Source: Sphingomonadaceae bacterium
GTDB lineage: Bacteria; Pseudomonadota; Alphaproteobacteria; Sphingomonadales; Sphingomonadaceae
NCBI GenBank assembly: GCA_947473355.1
Contig: CANJCQ010000011.1
Span: 404-64,403, forward strand
DNA length: 64,000 nucleotides
Reading direction: 5' to 3'
Part shown: positions 57,073-64,000 of the stretch, one piece after another
How positions within the stretch are numbered: position 1 is the stretch's first letter
Layout: each line of letters starts with the position of its first letter
Position numbers and translations under genes: made by a program
Notes under the pieces: model-generated
The model's input: the letters and a program-made list of their open reading frames with translations, nothing else
Database searches by the model: none
Told to the model about the DNA's origin: nothing

Positions 57073-57968
57073 GCACGGACGAGACTGGGGACTATCCGAT
57101 CATCATCGAAGGTCTGTGCAACGGCTTTGGTGACCAGCTGATTCACGAGAATCTATCGCTCAAGGTCCGGCGCGGTGAGATTCTGGGCGTGGTTGGCGGG
57201 TCCGGCACCGGCAAATCAGTGCTGATGCGCTCGATCATCGGCCTGCAACAGCCGCGCGGCGGTTCGATCAAAGTGTTCGGCAATGAAGTTGCTGACGGTA
57301 TCGACGCGCAGGAGAGCAAGGACATCCGCCCGCGCTGGGGCGTGCTGTTTCAGGGCGGGGCGCTGTTTTCGACTTTGACGGTCGAAGAGAATATCGAAGT
57401 GCCGCTGCGCCAGTTCTATCCCGAAATCAGCGATAATCTGCGCGGCGAAATCGCGCGCTTCAAGGTCAAGATCTCGGGCTTGCCCGAAGATGCGGCGTTC
57501 AAATATCCCAACGAGCTATCGGGCGGCATGAAGAAACGCGCGGGCCTGGCGCGGGCGCTGGCGCTCGATCCCGAGCTGCTGTTCCTCGACGAGCCGACCG
57601 CCGGCCTCGATCCGATCGGCGCTGCCACTTTTGACCAGCTGACCAGCGAATTGCAGGAAACTCTGGGGCTTACCGTGTTTCTGATCACCCATGATCTCGA
57701 TACGCTCTATGCGATCTGCGACCGTGTGGCGGTGTTGGCGGACAAGCAGGTGATCGCGGTAGGCACCATACCGGAATTGCTGGCGCTGGATCATCCGTGG
57801 ATCCAGGAATATTTCAATGGCCCGCGCGGTAGAGCCGCGCAAAGCAGTCAGGACCGTGGGCGAAAGGCAAAGGCACAACCCGATGTCGCCAAGGCTTTGC
57901 CGGATGTCGCCAAGGCTTTGCCTGGTGTCGCCAAGGCGATGGACAATTCACGAGAGTCAGGGGCATAA
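57069..57968 (+). CDS. mlaF: MlaF-family ABC ATP-binding protein
   Basis: GGSGTGKS, FQ.GALF, ELSGGM.KR, LDEPTAGLDP, ITHD. Confidence 0.93.
   Translation: MSTDETGDYPIIIEGLCNGFGDQLIHENLSLKVRRGEILGVVGGSGTGKSVLMRSIIGLQQPRGGSIKVFGNEVADGIDAQESKDIRPRWGVLFQGGALFSTLTVEENIEVPLRQFYPEISDNLRGEIARFKVKISGLPEDAAFKYPNELSGGMKKRAGLARALALDPELLFLDEPTAGLDPIGAATFDQLTSELQETLGLTVFLITHDLDTLYAICDRVAVLADKQVIAVGTIPELLALDHPWIQEYFNGPRGRAAQSSQDRGRKAKAQPDVAKALPDVAKALPGVAKAMDNSRESGA
57879..57941 (+). repeat. 21-bp in-frame tandem repeat (x3) in the mlaF 3' end
   Basis: CCCGATGTCGCCAAGGCTTTG / CCGGATGTCGCCAAGGCTTTG / CCTGGTGTCGCCAAGGCGATG = PDVAKAL PDVAKAL PGVAKAM. Confidence 0.9.
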
Positions 57969-57977
57969 GCCGGGACA

Positions 57978-58937
57978 ATGGAAACGCGCGCAAACAATGT
58001 TTTCGTCGGAGCAGTCACGCTGGCCCTGCTGGCGGGTCTGGCCGCATTTTTCGTCTGGATCGCCCGGCTGAACGAGGGCGATCAGAAGAAGTATGACATC
58101 TTCTTCAAGCAATCGGTCAATGGCCTGGTCAAGGGATCGCAGGTGACCTTCTCCGGCGTGCCGATCGGCAAGATCGAGACAATCGAATTGTGGCCCCGCG
58201 ATCCGAGCTTCGTCAAAGTGCGGATCAGCGTCGAAAAGGCGGTGCCGGTGCTGATCGGCACCACGGCGACGATGCAGAGCAGTTTCACCGGGAACGGCGA
58301 AATTCTGCTGGAAGGGGCGGTCAAGGGGGCCATGGCGATTGCCTGCCCGGACGAAAACCCCGAAACGCAGTGCCCCGAAGGCAAGCCGGTGATCCCCACA
58401 AAGCGCGGCGGGCTCGGCGCGATCCTCAACTCTGCGCCTTTGCTGCTCGATCGGCTGGCGACTCTGTCGGACCGGCTCAACACGCTGCTCTCGGACGACA
58501 ACCAGCTGGCCTTCAAGGGCATCCTCGCCAACACCAACCGGCTCACCGGCAGCCTTGCTGATGCTTCGCCCGAGGTAAAGACCACGCTGGCCGACTTGCA
58601 GGCAACGCTGAAGCAGGCGACCGTGACTCTGGCCAGTTTTGACAAGGTTGCCGGCTCGGCCAATACTTTGCTGGGCGATCAGGATGGATCGCTGGGGCGG
58701 GAATTGCGGACCACACTGCGCTCGGCGCAAGGTGCGGCCGACGAGCTCAAGGCGACCTTGAACGATGCCCGGCCTGCCACCCGGCAGCTTTCAGAGTCGA
58801 CCCTGCCCAGCGCCGATGCGGCGCTGCGCGAGTTGCGCGCGGCGACCCGGTCGCTTCGCGCCATCACCGAGAAGATCGACGAACAGGGAGCCGGGGCACT
58901 CACCGGCGGTTCGAAACTGCCGGATTTCAAGCCATGA
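57978..58937 (+). CDS. mlaD: MlaD/MCE-family protein
   Basis: METRAN...VG.V, N-terminal TM, V.GL.KGS.V.FSGV.IG.I MCE domain, long helical C-terminus. Confidence 0.92.
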   Translation: METRANNVFVGAVTLALLAGLAAFFVWIARLNEGDQKKYDIFFKQSVNGLVKGSQVTFSGVPIGKIETIELWPRDPSFVKVRISVEKAVPVLIGTTATMQSSFTGNGEILLEGAVKGAMAIACPDENPETQCPEGKPVIPTKRGGLGAILNSAPLLLDRLATLSDRLNTLLSDDNQLAFKGILANTNRLTGSLADASPEVKTTLADLQATLKQATVTLASFDKVAGSANTLLGDQDGSLGRELRTTLRSAQGAADELKATLNDARPATRQLSESTLPSADAALRELRAATRSLRAITEKIDEQGAGALTGGSKLPDFKP

Positions 58938-59548
58938 TGTTCAGGAAGACTATTGGAAGCGCCATGCCTGGCATGCGCAATATCGCTGCTTTGGTCGCAC
59001 TCGCATTGCTTGCCGGCTGTATCAGTCTTGGCGGCAAGGCCCCCAAGCTGCTGATCGGATTGACCTCTGACAAGTCTCCAGCGGCTGGCGCCATGGCTGG
59101 CGGAAAGATCGGCGAGGCGCTGGTCGTGCTCGATCCGCAGGTTGATCGCAAGCTCGATGTGCTGCGGATTGCAGTGCAGGTCAATGCGACCGAGATCGCC
59201 TATCTCAAGGATGCGACCTGGGTCGAGCGCCCGGCCCGCCTGATGCGCCACCTCCTCGCCGAGACGATCCGTGCCAAGGGGCAGCATCTGGTGCTGGAGG
59301 CCAGCGATGATGTTAACGGCAGCAGGCAGACCCTGGTAGGCCGGCTGATCGACATGGGCTATGACGCGCGCAGCCAATCGGTGGTGGTGCGCTATGATGC
59401 CCTGCGCAGCAATGCCAAAGGCGAAATCGAGGCGCGCCGGTTCGAGGCTGTGGTGCCAGGCATTTCGGCGACGAGCGAGGCCGTGGCCCCGGCGCTGAAC
59501 CGGGCGGCGAACGATGTAGCGGGGCAGGTGGCGGACTGGGTCGGCTAA
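58934..59548 (+). CDS. ABC-type transport auxiliary lipoprotein (PqiC-like)
   Basis: Lipobox LAGC; Y...A.W.E.P..L; last gene of the mla operon. Confidence 0.85.
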   Translation: MMFRKTIGSAMPGMRNIAALVALALLAGCISLGGKAPKLLIGLTSDKSPAAGAMAGGKIGEALVVLDPQVDRKLDVLRIAVQVNATEIAYLKDATWVERPARLMRHLLAETIRAKGQHLVLEASDDVNGSRQTLVGRLIDMGYDARSQSVVVRYDALRSNAKGEIEARRFEAVVPGISATSEAVAPALNRAANDVAGQVADWVG

Positions 59549-59554
59549 GCCCCT

Positions 59555-60358
59555 TCAACCGCTCGGGATTGCCGCCAGGGCTGCCATGATCTGCTGTCGT
59601 CGCTGCGGGGCGCGGGTCACTTCCAGCATCGCACTCAGGCTGCTGCGGGCAGCAATAAAATCCTGATGTTGCAACTGCATGCGGGCAAGCTGCCACCAGA
59701 CCTCGCCATGGCCGGGCGCTATCAGAGCCATGCGCTCATAGAGCGTCATTGCCCTGGCCGCATCGCCCGCCGCTTCGGCCCGGCTCGCCTGGTTCTGTAG
59801 CAGGCGAACCAGGACCGTGCGATTGGAAGCAGGCTCCAGATATTCGGGACGCAGGGCCGCGCCTGGCCCGGTGAACTGCCGGATAAGCGTCTCGAGCTGC
59901 TGCTCATCGAGCTGGCTTCCCCCGTGGAAGGGATCGATCACAACGAAAGGTTCGCCCCCGATGCGGACCAGCACATGCCCCGGCGTGTTGAGCACAGAGG
60001 CTGCCCAGCCCAGCCGCCGGGCCGCAGCAACATAGAGCACCGAAAGACTGACCGGCAGGCCCTGCTTGCGATCGAGCACCCTGATGAGATCGGCATTGAG
60101 CGGCGCGTCATAGCTCGCTGCATCGCCAGTGAAGCCATATTCAGAAGCGAACACCCGCGCCAGAGCCTGTGCCTGTGTGCCCGGAGTCTGTGCATCGGCG
60201 CCGACAGATTCGAGGCGGGCCCCGATTTCCTGCAACAGATCGAGATAGGGATCCAGATCGACGCCGTCATGATCAAGCTCACTCAGCGCAAGGGCTGCCA
60301 GATCGAGTTCGATTTCCTCGTCGTCGAGCAGGCCGAGTTCAGTGATGTCGTCGATCAT
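59555..60358 (-). CDS. SirB1/YchA-like transglutaminase-fold protein with TPR
   Basis: F.G....Y....N..L..VL.R.QGLP.SL...Y...ARRLG, PGH.LVR, IDPFH.G. Confidence 0.87.
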   Translation of the reverse strand: MIDDITELGLLDDEEIELDLAALALSELDHDGVDLDPYLDLLQEIGARLESVGADAQTPGTQAQALARVFASEYGFTGDAASYDAPLNADLIRVLDRKQGLPVSLSVLYVAAARRLGWAASVLNTPGHVLVRIGGEPFVVIDPFHGGSQLDEQQLETLIRQFTGPGAALRPEYLEPASNRTVLVRLLQNQASRAEAAGDAARAMTLYERMALIAPGHGEVWWQLARMQLQHQDFIAARSSLSAMLEVTRAPQRRQQIMAALAAIPSG

Positions 60359-61074
60359 TGGGGCTCTGCCTGCCGCGCCAACGCCGCGAAGTGCATCGCG
60401 CCCGCAAATTCCGCCAGCCGCCGCGCGCGCAAAGCTTCGGCTTCGGCATCCTTGCCCCACAGTTCGGCCTGCCAGTCTTCCTCCAGATTGGCGGCGCTCC
60501 ACAGCATGTCGGCATCGGCAGCGCCAATGCCATTGGGCTCGATTGCCGCCAGCGCGACGACCAGCGAAGCGGCGAGGCTGGCGAGGGTGTGGAGCGCGGC
60601 GAGATTGTAACTGTCCTGAGCCTCCAGCGCTCTGGCCATCCGGGCCAGCGTGGCATCGGGTTGCGGGTGGTGGATCACCCCGCTGATCCGCTCGAAATGT
60701 ACATCCCAGCGCTGTTCCGCTGCGTTCAGCAATGGTTCCCAGACTTCGAGCTGGCGTGGATAGAGCGCCGCATCGGGTTCGGCGCGATAGCACAGCGTGT
60801 CGGTCTCGGCGAAGCGGAGTACAGCGGCGATCACTGTCGCTCGATCTGGCCCGGCGATGTCGATGGCATAGTCGGCGAGGTCGCGGAAGCGGAACCTGGC
60901 GGCATCGATTTCCTCGCCCTGGCCCGCCCATTCCGCCGCCATGGCCTCGGCCAGCGCGCGGGTGGGCACCACCTGCGGCTGGCCCATGGCGGTCTTGATG
61001 CCTCGGAGGTCGAGCAGCACCCGCCAACCAGAATCGTCCGGCGCGACCGTAACGTCCTTGTAAAAGCGTTTCAT
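60355..61074 (-). CDS. ATP12-family chaperone
   Basis: MKRFYK.V, LD.R..KT, A.A.A.EW..Q, D.LCYRA, EEDWQ...WG.D.EA. Confidence 0.93.
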   Translation of the reverse strand: MKRFYKDVTVAPDDSGWRVLLDLRGIKTAMGQPQVVPTRALAEAMAAEWAGQGEEIDAARFRFRDLADYAIDIAGPDRATVIAAVLRFAETDTLCYRAEPDAALYPRQLEVWEPLLNAAEQRWDVHFERISGVIHHPQPDATLARMARALEAQDSYNLAALHTLASLAASLVVALAAIEPNGIGAADADMLWSAANLEEDWQAELWGKDAEAEALRARRLAEFAGAMHFAALARQAEPQ

Positions 61075-61322
61075 CGAGGCGGCGATTTCCAGCGGCGGGC
61101 GAGGATTACCGGCATGATGAATGCGTCGAAAATGCCGACCACGGCCAGCACATATCCAGCAACCCCGGGCAGCGGGACTATGCCCTGGATGATCAGGATC
61201 CCGAACACGAACAGGGCCACGCCAAACAATCGCATGACCTGCAGGACCATGAAGCGCTGTTTTGCCAGACTATCGGGCGCGGGGGCGGGTGCAGGCTCGC
61301 CGCTGAGCGGATCGTAGGTCAT
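61071..61322 (-). CDS. Small two-TM membrane protein
   Basis: AKQRF.....MRL.G, two hydrophobic helices, LARRWKSP; overlaps both neighbours by 4 bp. Confidence 0.75.
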   Translation of the reverse strand: MTYDPLSGEPAPAPAPDSLAKQRFMVLQVMRLFGVALFVFGILIIQGIVPLPGVAGYVLAVVGIFDAFIMPVILARRWKSPPR

Positions 61323-61969
61323 AGTCCCAGTATCTCCCCAAGTTCTGACGGGTTTGCCGCAACGCTTGCGGCCCCCGCAACAATCAGTTTGCGCGGGGCG
61401 TGATAGCCCCATTCGACGCCAATGCCGCGCACCGCGGCGGCTTCGGCCATGTGCATGTCGAACACAGTGTCGCCGATCATCACTGCCTCATGCGGCTCTG
61501 CCCCGGCTTCCAGCAGTGCGGCTTCCAGCATGGCGGGGTGCGGTTTGGAGGGGTGGTCGTCGGCGGTTTGCAGCGTGACGAAATGGCCCGACAGGCTGTG
61601 CGTGGCCAGGCAATGCTCCAGTCCGCGCCGCGACATGCCGGTGGCGACGCCCATCAGCCAGCCAGCCCCGCGCAGCCCATCAAGCAGTTCCGCCATCCCG
61701 GCAAACAGCGGCTGTTGCAACTCGCCCGATTGCCGCGCGGCGCGGAACGCCCGTTTGTAGGCTTCGGTCAACGCGGCATTCTGCTCCGCTTCCGCCTCGG
61801 GCAGCAAGGTGCGGATCGCCTGCGGCAGGCTGAGCCCGACCGCGCGGCGAATGCCGTTGCGCGGCGGCAAGGGCAGGCCGAACTCGCTGAACGCCTGCTC
61901 CATCGCGGCGCAGATGGAGGCCTGGCCGTCGATCAAAGTGCCGTCGCAATCGAACACCGCCAATTTCAC
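61319..61969 (-). CDS. HAD-IA family hydrolase (phosphoglycolate phosphatase-like)
   Basis: FDCDGTLID, VATG, SKPHP.M, MIGDT.FD. Confidence 0.92.
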   Translation of the reverse strand: MKLAVFDCDGTLIDGQASICAAMEQAFSEFGLPLPPRNGIRRAVGLSLPQAIRTLLPEAEAEQNAALTEAYKRAFRAARQSGELQQPLFAGMAELLDGLRGAGWLMGVATGMSRRGLEHCLATHSLSGHFVTLQTADDHPSKPHPAMLEAALLEAGAEPHEAVMIGDTVFDMHMAEAAAVRGIGVEWGYHAPRKLIVAGAASVAANPSELGEILGL

Positions 61970-62580
61970 GGGGCACCCTTATGCTGGGCAAAAGCCCGCA
62001 TCAGCTCGGCTATGGCGGTCGATCCCTCCGCTTCCAGTCCGTCGGCGGCGCGCTGGCCTTCGCCAAGCGGTTTGTTCTGGCTGAGCTTGAAAGTCGGCCG
62101 CCAGGCCTGCACTTCCAGTTCAAAGCCGGTGATTGCGCCGAGCAACGACTGCAGTTTCTCTTCGGGCATCTTGTCCATGGTCCAGGGCTTGCCTGCCTCG
62201 ATGCGTGCCTCCTGCCGGGCGGTGAGCGCTTCGAGCTGGGCCCTCAGCGCGTCCGCTTCGATCCGCCGTACCGGGCCTTCGAGTTCCAGCGCCAGATAGT
62301 TCCAGGTCGGCACTTGCGCGGGGTCTTCGTAGTAGCGCGGGCTGACATAGCTGTCCGGGCCGTTGAGCACGAACAGCCCGGTCCTTCCGTCGATGTGCTT
62401 CGTCAGGGCGTTACCGCGCGCGAGATGGAACTGCAGAGTGTCCCCGCTCCGCAGCACAGGCACATGCGCGACGCGCGGGCCATCGGGAGTTGCCGCGAAC
62501 ACCATGCCGAAGCCGATCTCGTCGATCAACGATTCGAGCAGTGCGCGGTCTTCATGGCGGAAAGCGGCGTTGGGATGCAT
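61966..62580 (-). CDS. PaiB-family FMN-binding protein
   Basis: AHVP, HLARGN, GP..YVSPR.Y, VPTWNY, KLSQNK. Confidence 0.92.
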   Translation of the reverse strand: MHPNAAFRHEDRALLESLIDEIGFGMVFAATPDGPRVAHVPVLRSGDTLQFHLARGNALTKHIDGRTGLFVLNGPDSYVSPRYYEDPAQVPTWNYLALELEGPVRRIEADALRAQLEALTARQEARIEAGKPWTMDKMPEEKLQSLLGAITGFELEVQAWRPTFKLSQNKPLGEGQRAADGLEAEGSTAIAELMRAFAQHKGAP

Positions 62581-63800
62581 CAGCGTTTGCCCCTCGGAGC
62601 CGCCGGATTTCGTGCCGCCGGTTTGCGCGCCGGGGTGGCTTTGGAGGATCTGGCCGGAGCGGCCTTGGCCTTGGGCGCCTTGTCAGGCACTTTTCCCGCG
62701 GGGCCCCTCTCGCCGCTCTTGCGCCCGCGCCGTTCGCCGCGCCGTTCCTTGCGGTATTGCTTGGCGTGGGCCTTGGCGGCCGCTTTCATTGCCTCGCGCG
62801 GCGGGGCTTTGGGGGCTTCCGGAATGTTCGCACCGTCCGCCTCGTCGAAGCCAAGCTGCACCATGCTGGCGGCGAAATGATCGGGCAGCGGGGCAACGAC
62901 ATCTAGCGGCGTTCCGTCCGGGTGGTCGATGATCAGGCGGCGCGCGTGGAGGTGCATCTTGCGGCTGATCGAGCCGGTCAGGAAGCTCTCGGGCCCGCCA
63001 TATTTGCCGTCGCCGACAATCGGATGGCCGATCGCCGCCATGTGGACGCGCAACTGGTGGGTGCGGCCGGTCAGCGGCTGCAATTCGACCCAGGCGGCGC
63101 GGTTGCCGGCCTGATCGATGACCCGGTAGCGGGTGCGCGCAGTCAGGCCTTCTCCGCTCTCATCGACCATCATCTTCTCGCCGCCGCTGCCAGGCTGCTT
63201 GGCTAGCGGCAGCTCGATCAGCCCGTCCGCGATATCGGGCACACCAGCGACCAGCGCCCAATAGATCTTGCGCGCCGAGCGAGCGGAGAAGCGCTTTGAG
63301 AAGTAGGCGGCGCTGCCGGGGGTGCGGGCGATGAGGAGGACGCCCGAGGTGTCCTTGTCGAGCCGGTGGACGAGGCGTGGGCGGGGGCCATCGAGCGCGA
63401 AAGCATCGAGCAGCCCATCGACATGCTCCTTGGTGCCGGTGCCGCCTTGCGTGGCGAGGCCCGGCGGCTTGTTGAGCACGATGGCGGCGCGGTCCTGGCA
63501 GAGGACCATGGCCTCGGCCTGGGCGATCTGGTCTTCGCTCAGTTCCTTGCGCGGGGCAGGGCCCTTGCGCTCGGGTGTCGCGCCGCCGGGGGGAACGCGC
63601 AGCACTTGCCCGGTGGCCAGCCGGTCCTCAGGCGCGGCGCGCTTGCCATCCAGCCGGATCTGCCCGGTGCGCGCCCAGCGGCTGACCGTGGCAAAGCCGA
63701 TCTGCGGCAGGTGACGCTTGAACCAACGGTCCAGCCGCACGCCGTCATCGTCGGCCTCGACGGTGAACTGGCGGACCTTCTCGTCGTCGCTCTGGGTCAT
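62580..63800 (-). CDS. rluC: RluA-family 23S rRNA pseudouridine synthase with S4 domain
   Basis: G.RLDRW, NKP.GL..QGG, HRLDKDTSG, TGRTHQLR.H, HPIVGD.KYG; basic C-terminal tail. Confidence 0.9.
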   Translation of the reverse strand: MTQSDDEKVRQFTVEADDDGVRLDRWFKRHLPQIGFATVSRWARTGQIRLDGKRAAPEDRLATGQVLRVPPGGATPERKGPAPRKELSEDQIAQAEAMVLCQDRAAIVLNKPPGLATQGGTGTKEHVDGLLDAFALDGPRPRLVHRLDKDTSGVLLIARTPGSAAYFSKRFSARSARKIYWALVAGVPDIADGLIELPLAKQPGSGGEKMMVDESGEGLTARTRYRVIDQAGNRAAWVELQPLTGRTHQLRVHMAAIGHPIVGDGKYGGPESFLTGSISRKMHLHARRLIIDHPDGTPLDVVAPLPDHFAASMVQLGFDEADGANIPEAPKAPPREAMKAAAKAHAKQYRKERRGERRGRKSGERGPAGKVPDKAPKAKAAPARSSKATPARKPAARNPAAPRGKR

Positions 63801-64000
63801 GCGCTGCCCCGAATCAGCGCCATGCCGGCAATCAGGCCGATGATGCCGCCTGCCAGCGAGGCCGCTACATAGAGCGCCGCTGCCGCCATTGCCCCGCGCT
63901 GCGCCAGGGTGACGACCTCCAGGCTGAAGGCGGAAAAGGTGGTGAAGCCGCCCAGCACCCCGACGCCGAGCAGCAGGCGCACGGATTCGTTGCCGCCTTG
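63797..64000 (-). CDS. crcB: Fluoride efflux channel FluC/CrcB, 3' part (5' end outside window)
   Basis: GVLGGFTTFSAFSLE signature; ATGA overlap with rluC. Confidence 0.92.
   Translation of the reverse strand, partial: QGGNESVRLLLGVGVLGGFTTFSAFSLEVVTLAQRGAMAAAALYVAASLAGGIIGLIAGMALIRGSA

Noticed and set aside
62580-62830. Lys/Arg/Ala-rich low-complexity tail of RluC as an insertion
   Set aside because: No DNA-level palindrome or tandem unit; basic tails are common on RNA-modifying enzymes.

Overview
A 64-kb GC-rich chromosomal segment of an alphaproteobacterium. Gene content and order point to Sphingomonadaceae, probably Novosphingobium (inference). The left 38 kb is mostly accessory catabolic genes: a P450, a Rieske oxygenase alpha subunit, a Baeyer-Villiger monooxygenase, three TauD dioxygenases, two LLM oxidoreductases, three SDRs, a hydantoinase/oxoprolinase A-B pair, amidohydrolases and esterases. 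It is interrupted by hicAB and bioDA. The right 26 kb is mostly housekeeping: ugd, nhaA, an NfrB/NfrA-like glycosyltransferase-porin pair, TauE/TIGR02186/HerA-like genes, MATE, queE, valS, Mla-type ABC genes, ATP12, rluC and crcB. No rRNA, tRNA, CRISPR array, transposase or integrase was recognised. The most unusual signals lie outside the ORF track. (1) Ten short palindromic REPIN/RPE-like elements of about four families occur, always downstream of a stop codon or inside a gene and never in a divergent promoter region. Two are inserted in frame in valS and in the hydantoinase A gene. (2) valS contains a ~340-bp low-GC, rare-codon patch that recodes a conserved catalytic-domain motif, so the gene looks mosaic. 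(3) The NfrB/NfrA-like pair lacks the c-di-GMP domain and is preceded by a CtrA-like half-site. (4) The hydantoinase B subunit carries a C-terminal domain resembling a Zn-less acetone-carboxylase gamma subunit. All family assignments come from motif recognition by eye, not database searches.
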